64,000 bases of DNA from Eledone cirrhosa (taxonomy: Eukaryota), in the NCBI GenBank assembly GCA_964016885.1, contig OZ024747.1, positions 89,962,001-90,026,000 of the forward strand, written 5' to 3'. Each line of letters starts with the position of its first letter. Position 1 is the stretch's first letter. The position numbers and the translations under genes were made by a program. Positions 1 through 12,173 of this stretch are shown one piece after another. The notes beneath the pieces are model-generated. The model had not been told where the DNA came from. It did not search any database and saw only the letters and a list, made by a program, of their open reading frames with translations.

Positions 1-33
1 CTACAGCTGGATGCCCTTCCTAATGCAAACCAC

Positions 34-233
34 GTACTTGAATATAAGCCAAGGAATACATGATCCAAAAATTGATAGTAAAGTGGGTGGGGCGTGGCTT
101 ATATTCGTGGTCAATATTTTGATGATTTTCACCAACTCCAAATTCTATGAAAATAAGGTCTGAATTTTTACCCATTTCTCAAACATAACATAGTGGGGTC
201 GGCTTTTATTCGTATCTGCCTATATTTAAGTAT
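34..233. mobile_element. Degenerate Tc1/mariner-pogo-type MITE
   Basis: Left end gtacttgaatataagcc and right end ggcttttattcgtatctgcctatatttaagtata resemble the inverted 'ctcgaatataagcc / ggcttatattcgag' termini of Tigger/Tc2-like MITEs; an internal ggcttatattcg copy is at ~96-107. Confidence 0.45.
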
Positions 234-259
234 AAGTGCATGTCATGTATAATTTTCGT

Positions 260-460
260 TTCTACTATAGGCTCAAGGCCAACAATTTTTGGGCAGGGCA
301 AAGTCGATTAAATCAACCTCAGTGCAAGACTGGTACTTTATTTATCAACTCTTTAAAAATGAAAGGCAAAGCTAACCTCAGCAGGATTTTAACCCAGAAC
401 GTAAAGGTCCATAACTCTATGCCATAAAGCATGTTATCCGACACTCCTCTGATACTGTCA
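260..460 (-). mobile_element. tRNA-derived SINE, family A (Meta-SINE-like central domain)
   Basis: Reverse complement of the family consensus seen throughout the window: tRNA-like head, central gcctttcat...gataaataaagtaccag domain, tail ggccttgtgcc.aaagtagaaac. Confidence 0.75.
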
Positions 461-751
461 ATCCATCATTGTCACTTATAATATGTTACTTTTGATTCTT
501 CAAATCCATCATTGTCACTTATAATATGTTACTTTTGATTCTTCAAATCTAAAATTACTTTTACATTCAGGTTTAAAAAATATAAAGTAATTTTAAATCT
601 TTATGTAGCACTCACCTGATATATTTTAGGGGTTCTCCCTTTTAAAAAGTTAATAATTGATAATTTTGTGTATATACCAATATTGATTTTTGTTAAAACA
701 TGGTGATTAAATATATATTCCGGAAATATCAAAAAAAAAAAAAATGAGAGA

Positions 752-850
752 TGACAAAAACTGCAGCGAAATGCATTTATATCCAAGTTAGATCCTATCA
801 GAGTTTTACTTCAAATTCCATTCTGAGCTTTGTTACTAAAAATATGTCAA
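752..850. repeat. ~100-bp dispersed direct repeat, copy 1 (copy 2 at 2744-2842)
   Basis: tgacaaaaactgcagcgaaatgcatttatatc...aaaaatatgtcaa occurs twice about 2 kb apart with only a few substitutions. Confidence 0.9.
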
Positions 851-3174
851 AGATATTATTTTTTTTTAGATTATACAACTTATATTTCAAGTGTCCTTCA
901 TGGTAAAAAGAAAAATTCCACTTACAGGGTATTTATGTACAAAATGCCATGCAGTAGGATTGAACCCAGAACTGTGTGGTTGCAAACTAAACTCCTTAAC
1001 CACACAACCATGCCTGTGGTAGTGTGGAAAAAAGGACATAAAACAGTGATAATGATGATGATGATGATATATATATATTGCTTTTGATAACAGCTGGTGA
1101 TATGCATGTAAGTAAATATTCTCCCTATCTGATATTTTGTAACTAACCTTACATAGATCGATAAAGAAGTATAGTTACGATGTATTATCATCACCTAGAA
1201 ACGATCGTAAAGCAGTGAAGTATATTTCTAATGACTTGATTTTTTATTTCATTGTTTTAACTTATATATATATATATATATATATATGTATACATGTTAC
1301 CGTATGAGCAAGACAAGGTCACCCAACCAGGCACTACCCACAACAGGACAACCCGTCCAACCCATGCTAGCATGGAAGAATGGATGTAAAATGATGAGGA
1401 TGATGATTGATTGAACACATATCTCTATGTGTACTTCTCTCTATATGTTTATTTATATATATATATATAGCACAGACATGTATAAATATTTAAATATATA
1501 CATATATTTACACATTATATGTGTGTGAATGAAAGAGAGAGAGAAAGAGTTGGTGTGTGAATGTGTATGCATCTGTGTATGTGTATGTGCGTGCATGTCT
1601 GTATGTGTGTATTTATTGGAATGTATGTCCCCAGTTGGCAAATAAATATTTTGAGTAGTGTGTGTCAGGAGATATCAACAATAAAAAAAAATGTATATAT
1701 TTGTTATTCTATTTTCTATCTTCAGCATGTAATTTAAATATTTTAATGTGACAGATGATCTTGAGAAAATCAAACCATGTCATTGCATCATCTATTAAAT
1801 CCCATGATAAATACTGCTTATTTTACTAAGGTCTTTTACTCGCAGTATGTAATCAATATTTAGACACTAAGCCATAAAAAGATTTTCGTTTTTCTTATAT
1901 CATATATCAGAGGTGACCTTAACTCATTTATTACCATATTTATAATGAAAAATGCTGACTATGACATCCAAATAATTTTGAAAATAATCAAGGAATGTTT
2001 TTGTGGGCTTGTCCTCAGGGCAGAGCCCCAATGCCGCCGTGCCCTAGGACTAGAGCCCATCCCCTTCCCCTTCCCCCTTCCATTCTTCTGTGACCTGAGA
2101 ACCCTTGCCTTTTCCATATTCATAACCGTAAAAGACATTTGCATTTTCTCCACAGATTTAATTTTTTTCCAATCAAGAATTTAAAGTGATTTAGTAATGT
2201 GATTAACTTTCTTATTTTAAGCTGGTGTTTAGGACATAACTGAACAAAGGTTCTTACAGACACTTATTGTGGAATATTTTTATATAAATATAAATACATT
2301 ACTCTATATATACTATTATATTTTCATCGTAAAAGCTTTATCTCACATAATTATCTCACATAATATCGAATTTATGTGATTTTGAAATTATGAGAGGCTG
2401 GTTACAGCAGGTTTGAACAGAAAGAGGCGAAAGAGTTCTAGTCGGATGTGACTGATTTAAATGCTAAACAGTTAAAGGAAACAGCATTGCATCGCAGAAC
2501 CAAGGGTCATTTCAGGTGATTGGCTATCGAAGGAGCTAAGCAATTACTGTTTCATTCAAGGATTGAAAAAAGATTTTAGTTTTTATTATATATAAAGGAA
2601 AACCTTCATATAAACCCCAGTAATAATGCTTGAAAAAGACATTAGAAAAATGACCTATCCATTTACCTGCTATTTTGAACTTTTTACATATCTGTAAAGT
2701 AACTTGTACACTCATATATGTGTTAGTGACATGCATATAAATCTGACAAAAACTGCAGCGAAATGCATTTATATCTAGGTTAGATCCTATCAGAGTTTTA
2801 CTTGAAATTCCATTCTGACCTTTGTTACCAAAAATATGTCAATACAAGTTATATTTCTGCATATAATGTTATAAGTTTGTTTTAGACAAGAAATGGAAAT
2901 TTCATACATTCATCTTAGATAGTAAACATCTGTTATTCTCTGCATTTTGTGTGTGGGAGACGGTTTTTTTTTAGTGATTGTGTGGGAGGGAGAGTGGGAG
3001 GCATTTTTAGTGTGTGTATGTGGTGGTGGTGGTGGTTGGGCAGTTGGGTCATTTTTAGTTTGTGCGTGTGGGGGCAAGTTAAGGGCTTTTTTAGAGTGTG
3101 TGTTTATATATGTGTGCACTTTCCATGTCTCCCTAGTGTTGCCTGTTTCTCCATTACTCTGTTAATATTATTAT

Positions 3175-3360
3175 CTGTTTCTACTTTTGGCACAAGGCCA
3201 GCAATTACCCAGTGCATTACTGGTACTTTATTTTATCGACCCCGTAAGGATGAAAGGCAAAGTCAACCTCGGCGGGATTTGAACTCAGATCGTAAAGGGA
3301 CGTAACTATGCTGGAAAGCATGGCGTCCGACCCTCTACCGATACTGCCAATCCACCGCCC
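3175..3360 (-). mobile_element. tRNA-derived SINE, family A, near full length
   Basis: Reverse complement carries ggcagtatcggtagag (A-box-like), gagttcaaatccc (B box), the central domain and the 3' tail. Confidence 0.85.
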
Positions 3361-3636
3361 TTATCAAAATCATGATGTGTGTGGGAGACGGACAGTGGGT
3401 TTATTTTTTTAGTTTGAGAGGGAGTTGATGCATTTTTTACTGTGTATGTGTGTGTGTGTGAATATATGTGTGCAGTATGTGTGTATATATATATGTGCAG
3501 TATGTGTGTGTATAAATATATATGTGCAGTATGTGTGTTGTGTGTGTGTATGTGTGCACTTTCCACATCTCTCTAGTGTTTGTCTGTTTGTCCATTACTC
3601 TACTGATATTATTATCATAAGTAATTATCATAATTA

Positions 3637-3825
3637 AGCGGGTGGATTGGCAGTATCGGTAAAGGGTCGGACATCATGCTTTGACGCATAGAGTTACGGC
3701 CCTTTCCATTCTGAGTTCAAATCATGCCGAGGTCAATTTTGCCTTTCATCCTTATGGGGTCGATAAAATAAAGTACCAGTAATGTACTGAGTAATTGCTG
3801 GCCTTGTGCCAAAAGTAGAAACAAT
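3637..3825 (+). mobile_element. tRNA-derived SINE, family A
   Basis: ggcagtatcggtaaag...gagttcaaatc...gcctttcatccttatggggtcgataaaataaagtaccag...ggccttgtgccaaaagtagaaacaat. Confidence 0.85.
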
Positions 3826-3919
3826 TATCATAATTAATTACTATTTTTCACAACTGAACAGTATTTAGATTCTGCTTAGCAAATAGAACAGTAGTGGTTT
3901 CTCTCTGTATTGTATATCT

Positions 3920-4121
3920 TCATCCTCTCCTCATCACCATCATCATCACCGTCATCATATTCATCATCACCGTCATCATATTCATCATCACCTTCATCAT
4001 ATTCATCATCACCGTCATCATATTCATCATCACCGTCATCATATTCATCATCACCTTCATCATATTCATCATCACCTTCATCATATTCATCATCGCCTTC
4101 ATCATATTCATCATCGCCTTC

Positions 4122-4153
<32 letters not shown>

Positions 4154-4172
4154 CACCACCACCACCGTCATA

Positions 4173-4206
<34 letters not shown>

Positions 4207-4307
4207 CCACCACCGGCATAACAACCACCGCCACCATCATCATCATCACCACCATCGTCATAACCACCATCGTCATCATCACCACCACCACCACCACCAC
4301 CGTCATA

Positions 4308-4341
<34 letters not shown>

Positions 4342-4856
4342 CCACCACCGGCATAACAACCACCGCCACCATCATCATCATCACCACCATCGTCATAACC
4401 ACCATCATCATCATCACCACCACCACCACCACCACCGTCATAACCACCACCACCACCACCACCACCACCACCACCACCACCACCACCACCACCACCACCA
4501 CCACCACCATCATAACCACCACCACCACCACCATCACCACCATTGTCATCATCACCACCACCACCACCCCCATCACCACCACCATCATCACCACCACCAC
4601 CACCACCCCCCATCACCACCACCATCATCACCATAACCATCACCACCACCGTCATAACCACCACCACCACCACCACCATCACCACCATTGTCATCATCAC
4701 CATCATCACCATCATCACCCCCACCACCACCACCACCATCGTCATCATCGCCATCATCACCATCATCCTCACCACCACCAACACCACCACCAACACCACA
4801 ACCACCATCATCATCACCACCACAACCACCACCATCATCATCATCATCACCACCTT
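3920..4856. repeat. Compound (CAT/CAC)n trinucleotide tract with higher-order 21-bp and ~120-bp periodicities
   Basis: Visible directly; it produces spurious poly-His/Thr/Gly/Asp ORFs in several frames. Confidence 0.95.
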
Positions 4857-5193
4857 CCCTGCCACATCCTTGCCAACACCTCCTTCCACCAATATGCCTG
4901 GTGCTGTGCTATTTATATAAATGTTTATAGCTGTCTCTTTCCTCCTATAGTTACCCCTTTCTATAATATCAGCAAGACTTTCAGCTTCCCTCTTTCTTTA
5001 GTTGTTCTCCTCAAAGTGTCAATTCTTCTGTTTTACCATTAGTCTGCAGCAGGGAACCTATTGCATGAGAAGCTTCCATTGTTCTCAGTCTTCTGAAACT
5101 GAGACAAGACTGGTTTCAAATGATAATCCATTGTTTTAAAGCCCATATTTTCTCTCTAGGAGTTGTAACCCCAAAATTGATTTGGAAGCATGA

Positions 5194-5224
<31 letters not shown>

Positions 5225-5378
5225 TGTATGTATGTATGTATGTATGTATGCATGCATGTATGTATGTATGTATGTATGTATGTATGTATGCATGCATGCA
5301 TGCATGCATGTATGTATGTATGTATGTATGCATGTATGTATGTATGTATATATGTATGTATGCATGTATGTATGTATG

Positions 5379-5412
<34 letters not shown>

Positions 5413-5446
5413 TGTATGTATATATGTATGTATGCATGTATGTATG

Positions 5447-5478
<32 letters not shown>

Positions 5479-5750
5479 CATGTATGTATGTATGCATGTA
5501 TGTATGTATGTATGTATGTATGCATGTATGTATGCATGTATGTATGTATGTATGTATGTATGTATGCATGTATGTATGTATGTATGTATGTATGTATGTA
5601 TGCATGTATGTATGCATGTATGTATGTATGTATATATGTATGTATGCATGTATGTATGTATATATGTATGTATGCATGTATGTATGTATGTATATATGTA
5701 TATATGTATGTATGCATGTATGTATGTATATATGTATGTATGTATGTATG

Positions 5751-5782
<32 letters not shown>

Positions 5783-5846
5783 CATGTATGTATATATGTA
5801 TGTATGTATGTATGTATATATGTATGTATGCATGTATGTATAGATG

Positions 5847-5880
<34 letters not shown>

Positions 5881-6206
5881 TGTATGTATGTATGTATGTA
5901 TGCATGCATGTATGTATGTATGCATGTATGCATGTATGTATGTATGTATGTATGTATGTATGCATGTATGTATGTATGCATGTATGTATGTATGTATGTA
6001 TATATGTATGTATGCATGTATGTATGTATATATGTATGTATGTATGTATGTATGCATGTATGTATGTATGCATGTATGTATGTATGTATGCATGTATGAA
6101 TGTATGTATGTATGTATGCATGCATGTGTGTATGTATGTATGTATGTATGTATGCATGCATGTATGTATGTATGTATGTATGTATGTATGCATGTATGCA
6201 TGTATG

Positions 6207-6240
<34 letters not shown>

Positions 6241-7013
6241 TGTATGTATGTATGTATGTATGTATGCATGCATGTATGTATGTATGTATGTATGTATGTA
6301 TGTATGTATATATGTATGTATGCATGTATGTATGTATGTATGTATGTATGTATGTATGCATGTATGTATGTATGTATGTATGTATGTATGTATGCATGCA
6401 TGCATGCATGTATTATGTATGTATGTATGTATGTATGTATGTATGTATGTATGTATGTATGCATGCATGTATGTATGTATGTATGCATGCATGTATGTAT
6501 GTATATATGTATGTATGCATGTATGTATGTATGCATGTATGTATGTATGTATGCATGTATGTATGTATGTATGTATGCATGCATGCATGCATGTATTATG
6601 TATGCATGTATGTATGTATGTATGTATGTATGTATGTATGCATGTATGTATGCATGTATGTATGTATGTATGTATGCATGCATGCATGCATGTATTATGT
6701 ATGCATGTATGTATGTATGCATGTATGTATGTATGTATGCATGTATGTATGTATGTATGTATGCATGCATGCATGCATGTATTATGTATGCATGTATGCA
6801 TGTATGTATGTATGTATGTATGCATGCATGCATGCATGTATTATGTATGCATGTATGTATGTATGTATGTATGTATGTATGTATGTATGTATGCATGCAT
6901 GTATGTATGTATGTATGCATGCATGTATGTATGTATATATGTGTGTATGCATGTATGTATGTATGCATGTATGTATGTATGTATGCATGTATGTATGTGT
7001 GTATGTATGTATG

Positions 7014-7298
7014 TTATCTCTTTCTCTTAATTTCGGGTATATTTTTTTTGACCGGCCACCTTCCTGGTGGCAAGGTTGTAAAAGAAAAGAAATTGTCATC
7101 CCTTGAATCGCAAGAATGTTTTGCAAATTTTGAAGGTGCCAGCTATCGCAGCCATTTGTAGACTATGAATTAGGGAGCTGCGCTTTTTGTCCGCAAATCC
7201 AAGTTCAGTCATACTTTGGTCCAAGCGGGTTGGTATATAACCCGTAGCTCCAATAATGATGGGTATGAAGCTAAAGGTGTATCTTGGATACTGGATTT
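7014..7298 (-). mobile_element. 5'-truncated R4/Dong-type (restriction-like endonuclease) LINE 3' end
   Basis: Translates YPRYTFSFIPIIIGATGYIPTRLDQSMTELGF...LQMAAIAGTFKICKTFLRFKG*, homologous to the C-terminus of the element at 58130. A short 3' UTR runs into (CATA)n. Confidence 0.8.
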
Positions 7299-7637
7299 GT
7301 ATGTATATATGTATGTATGCATGTATGTATGCATGTATGTATGTATGCATGCATGAATGTATGTATGTATGTATTATGTATGCATGTATGCATGTGTGTG
7401 TGTGTGTATGTATGAATGTATGTGTGTGTATGTATGCATGTATGTATGTGTGTATGTATGTATGCATGTATGTATATATGCATGTATGTATGTATGTATG
7501 TATGTATGCATGCATGTATGTATGTATTATGTATGCATGCATGCATGTGTGTGTGTATGTATGTATGAATGTATGTGTGTGTATGTATGCATGTATGTAT
7601 GTATGTGTGTACGTATGTATATATATATGTATGTATG

Positions 7638-8247
7638 TGTCAGGTCACCAGTTGGTGCTATTGGTAACATGTATCCCAGTACAACCTGTCTCATGGTCGG
7701 GTCGTTGGCGACTAAACTGGCAACCCCACCAAGGTTTCTTGGTGAGGAGGGTGGCTTTGGACATCCTGCAGGACTAAAAACAAAACCTGTCAAAAGGCAA
7801 AGGGGCTCTTAAGAGTCAATAGCCATCCAAAATCACCGGGGAGATGACCCCTTAGCCTTTGTCAAGGCAGAATTCTAGGAGAAGGAAAACTCTGATATAA
7901 CACCTGCAACCCTGATGGTATCCAATGATGTTGAATTGTTCTTCTTTTTGGTAAATATCATCTTGGTTAAGAGAGTGGGACTGGCTTTGTGCAGTGCCTT
8001 TGCTCACTATAAAAGCTTCACAGCACAGGCATTGCTTTATATCTGGAGATCTCTCTGCACTTGTCGTCACATGGTACCATGGGCCCAGCACTATGTGTCA
8101 ATAATTGTCACAAGTGTAGTGTTTGTACCAGAGTTCTCAAGTCGCTGGCTGGACTAAAAAGTCACACTCGTTCAGCGCATTGGTAGGGGTTCTCCTACAT
8201 GGATATAAAGTAGTGGCCGTACTCGAAAACGAGTTGGCAGCCACCAT
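7638..8247 (+). mobile_element. Internally deleted non-autonomous RTE-clade LINE derivative, copy 1
   Basis: 5'-UTR-like part with ctaggagaaggaaaactctga. The 3' part encodes a terminal C2H2 finger [25 protein letters not shown] (8109-8186), then a ctcg-aaaa-cgag hairpin and a (GTAT)n tail. A near-identical copy is at 30735-31345. Confidence 0.75.
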
Positions 8248-8756
8248 GTATGATGTATGTATGCATGTATGTATGCATGTATGTATGTATGTATGCATGC
8301 ATGTATGTATGTATGTATTATGTATGCATACATGCATGTGTGTGTGTATGTATGTATGAATGTATGTGCGTGTATGCATGTATGTATGTATGCATGTATG
8401 TATGCATGTATGCATGTATGTATGTATGTATGTATGTATATATGTATGTATGCATGCATGTATGTATGTATGTATGTATGTATTATGTATGCATGCATGC
8501 ATGTGTGTATGTATGTATGAATGTATGTATGTATGTACGTATGCGTGCATGTGTGTGTATGTATGTATGAATTTATGTATGTATGTGTGTGTATGCATGC
8601 TTATATGTATGTATGTGTATATGTATGTATATATGTATGTATGTGTATATGTATGTATATATGTATGTATGAATGGATGTATGTATGTGTGTATGGATAT
8701 ATGTATATATATATATATGCATATATATACATCCACATGCTTGCACACACACACAC

Positions 8757-8804
<48 letters not shown>

Positions 8805-9185
8805 CATATATATTATATATGTATGCACACACTCATATATAAATATGTATGTATGCTTGTATGTTTATATATATGTATGTCTGTATGTATGTATGTACAT
8901 ATGTATGCATGTATATATATATATATATGTATGCACACACTCATATATAAATATGTATGTATGCTTGTATGTTTATATATATGTATGTCTGTATGTATGC
9001 ATGTACATATGTATGCATGTATATATATATATGTATGTACGTATATATATATATGTATGTGTAGGAGGTGAGTTTTATTGTAGCACAATAAAGCAATGCA
9101 AAATATCGGATAAGTAGCACTCTACAGTTTGTAAGACTTGAGTATAAATAATATAAGATCAAAAGATGGTTAAAAGAGTTACAAG

Positions 9186-9256
9186 TATTTTATTATGCGC
9201 ATTTCAAAAACAAATATCATCACGGGATGATATCTGCGTTCTCATCAGATAAAATA
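9186..9256 (-). ncRNA. Minimal type-I hammerhead ribozyme (Penelope pLTR type)
   Basis: Minus strand reads UAUUUUAU-CUGAUGA-[16-bp stem II, loop CCGU]-GAAA-UGCGCA-UA|-AUAAAAUA: perfect 8-bp stem I, palindromic stem III AUGCGCAU, AUA cleavage triplet. Confidence 0.85.
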
Positions 9257-9291
9257 GGGGAGTAGGAAAAGGTAAGGAAGAGGAAGAAAGA

Positions 9292-10653
9292 AAAATAAAG
9301 GATGGTGGGGGAGGAGTATAAGAAGGAAAGATGAGAGAGGAGGAGAAATGAGTGATAGAGAGAGAGAAATGGCCTTTACAACTGAGAAAACATTGTCTCA
9401 CAGAGAGAAATTAAAAAACCGTTGGAAGATAATAGATAATTTAAAAGATTTTGAAATTAAAAGTTAATGAGGTTTATGCATGAAGAAAAAGGAATTAAGA
9501 ATAGTATTAAATTAAGGTTTGTATATTGAAAGGTTTAATAATATGTGCGAAATAAAAGAATTTATTAATATGTATTATTAAAATTAAAATATTAAGGATA
9601 TTAAGGATATAATGTGAAAGAAAGAGAAGAATAAATGAATTATGAATTTAGAGGAATTAGTTAGGGTTTAAGTTTGTTTTTATGTATTGTAATATGTAAA
9701 CGTAAATAGTAGGTTTAAAACGAGCACGGAAGGAGAGAAGAAAAAAAGAAAGTTTAAGAAAGAAAAATATCTAACGTCAAAAAGTATATATGTTTACGAA
9801 AATGTTCTAATGGTAATATTATAATATATTAAAAAAGGAATTAGTTAGGGTTTAAGTTTGTTTTTATGTATTGTAATATGTAAAAGTAAAAGTAAATAGT
9901 AGGTTTAAAACGAGCACATTATTACTCACTACAGCATTATCCATTTTTCCTCATATTATTGGCCATTAAAACTATATTTTTTTAATATAGTTTTAATGGC
10001 CAATAATATGAGGAAAGAAGGAAAAATGGATAATGCTGTAGTGAATAATAATTTTTCTACTTTAGGCACAAGGCCAGCAATTACCCAGTGCATTACTGGT
10101 ACTTTATTTTATCGACCCCGTAAAGATGAAAGGCAAAGTCAACCTCGGCGGGATTTGAACTCAGATCGTAAAGGGACGTAACTATGCTGGAAAGCATGGC
10201 GTCCGACCCTCTACCGATACTGCTAATCCACCGCTGTAGTGAGTAATAATGTGCTCGTTTTAAACCTACTATTTACTTTTACTTTTACATATTACAATAC
10301 ATAAAAACAAACTTAAACCCTAACTATTTCCTTTTTTAATATTATAATATTACCATTAGAACATTTTCGTAAACATATATAGTTTTTGACGTTAGATATT
10401 TATCTTCCTTAAACTTTCTTTTTTTCTTCTCTCCTTCCGTGCTCGTTTTAAACCTATTATTTACGTTTACATATTACAATACATAATACATTATCTTGCA
10501 TTACATAATACATTATCTTACAACGGTTTTTTAATTTCTCTCTGTGAGACAATGTTTTCTCAGTTGTAAAGGCTATTTCTCTCTCTCTATCACCCATTTA
10601 TCCTCCTCTCTCATCCTTCCTTCTTATACTCCTCCCCCACCATCCTTTATTTT
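9292..10653. repeat. Large fold-back inverted repeat centred at ~9981
   Basis: 9292-9435 mirrors 10513-10653 and 9680-9978 mirrors 9984-10485, around a 5-nt T loop. The right arm has a SINE insertion and a ~240-bp deletion. Confidence 0.93.
10053..10232 (-). mobile_element. SINE family A with 18-bp target-site duplication
   Basis: Flanked by gctgtagtgaataataat (10035-10052) and gctgtagtgagtaataat (10233-10250). Confidence 0.9.
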
Positions 10654-10719
10654 CCCCAATCTCAACGGTTGAGCTCTGGCCGTTTCAACATCTAAATCCG
10701 AACTGAATCACTGGTGATT

Positions 10720-11066
10720 TGAAGGGGAGGGAAAAGTCGATTAAATCAACCTCAGTGCTTACTGGTACTTTATTCTATCGACCCTGTAAGGATGAAAGGC
10801 AAAGCTAACCTCGGCGGTATTTGAAATTAGCACCTAAAGGGTCATAACTCTATGCCACGAAGCATGGCGTCTGGCACTCTACTGATACTGCCAAATGATA
10901 ATAATAATAATTGTTTCTACTTTTGGCACAAGGCCAGCAATCAACCAGTGCATTACTGGTACTTTATTTTATCGACCCCGTAAGGATGAAAGGCAAAGTT
11001 AACCGCAGCGGGATTTGAACTCAAAGCATGGCATCTGATCCTCTACCAATACTGCCAATCCACCAC
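10720..11066 (-). mobile_element. Two tandem SINE family A copies
   Basis: Two consecutive actggtactttatt.tatcgaccc.gtaaggatgaaaggcaaag blocks, each with a tRNA-like head. Confidence 0.8.
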
Positions 11067-12173
11067 GTGTTTGTCTGTGTGTGTGTGTGTATGCACATGT
11101 CCATGTGTGTGTATTATTTGACAAGAGAATAAGCTTGGTTCAGGGAGCTTTGACCTGAAACAAGATCCAAGTTAATTTGTGGATCTGCCAATTGAAAAAG
11201 ATAAAATCGGTTAAGTTTCCACTAAGGGTTATAGACCTTAATTTAAAACAAGTATGTATATATGACCTTATATGGAATGAGGTGGTACCTCATTTTTAAG
11301 TTTTGTTGTCCACCATTTGCAATATCACTAACCATCTTCTTTATGTTTATTAGAGATTAAAAATTACAATAAACTCATAAACTATGGCTAAGATAGTTGA
11401 TATGAGATAAAGATCATTATTTCTGTTTTCTATAAACAGGTCTAGACAATAATACCCTCTCATGTCTACAGGGAAATATACTGGATTATTTTATTTTTCA
11501 TCATTAAACAAAATGTATTATTTATACCGGCAATAAATATTCTTTTATTTTTCTACTAGTTTCAGACTTTGGCCATGATAGAGCACCATGCTCAAAGGGT
11601 GAGCATATTGATTTTTTCTTAACCATATTTTTAATGAAGAACATTGTCTTTGATTTTCAAATAATTTTGAAATGTATCAAAACTTTGGAAGGATTTAGTT
11701 ATATAACTAACTTGCTCATTATTTAGTTGCTATTTGGAACATAACTTAAAGGTTCTTACATACAATTGTGATGCAATTTTTTTAGATAATTCTGAACACT
11801 TTAAAATAAACAGCTTTATATTATAGAACCAAGGGTGGTTTCCAGGCAGTTGAGTATCAAAACATTTAACATTTACTTATTTCAGTTTAGTACTTCATTT
11901 ATAATAAGTCAATATTAAACATTTCACCATCTGATTTCTTTACTTAAGTAAATGTACATCAGAGCTGAAGAGTCTTCCTGGATTAATTATAATTTCATGT
12001 GCATTTTGATATTTGCAGTGAGTATCAACAAACTTCTAACACTTTCAGAAACAAACATAGATATAGTCAAGAATATCAAGCCATATGAATTTGGATAATA
12101 TTTAGATGTCTTTTATTTTTATAAAACAATGTTGTCTCTGATCGAGATGAAGTAAGAGTGTTCTTGAATACAA

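Larger units (their letters stand above)
5195..9060. repeat. Very long (TATG/CATG/TATA)n microsatellite, interrupted by two retroelement insertions
   Basis: Visible directly; it explains the MYVC/HTYI ORFs. Confidence 0.97.

Noticed and set aside
459-548. 43-bp tandem duplication
   Set aside because: Ordinary local slippage with no further structure.
3637-3730. tRNA genes
   Set aside because: The A/B-box-like sequences are SINE heads continuing into SINE bodies; no cloverleaf.
3876-5042. Gly/Asp-, His- and Thr-rich ORFs resembling structural or biomineral proteins
   Set aside because: Pure CAT/CAC trinucleotide tract open on both strands, with no signal peptide or unique coding flank. The same applies to 16345-17086.
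5116-7161. 400-636-aa ORFs (MYVC.../HTYI...)
   Set aside because: Translations of a stop-free (TATG)n microsatellite, open in nearly all frames.
7640-7725. HDV-like ribozyme at the 5' end of the RTE derivative
   Set aside because: Partial P2/P4/CUAA-like elements are present, but no convincing P1/P3/L3, and the pairing is not kept in the related 38.5-kb copy.
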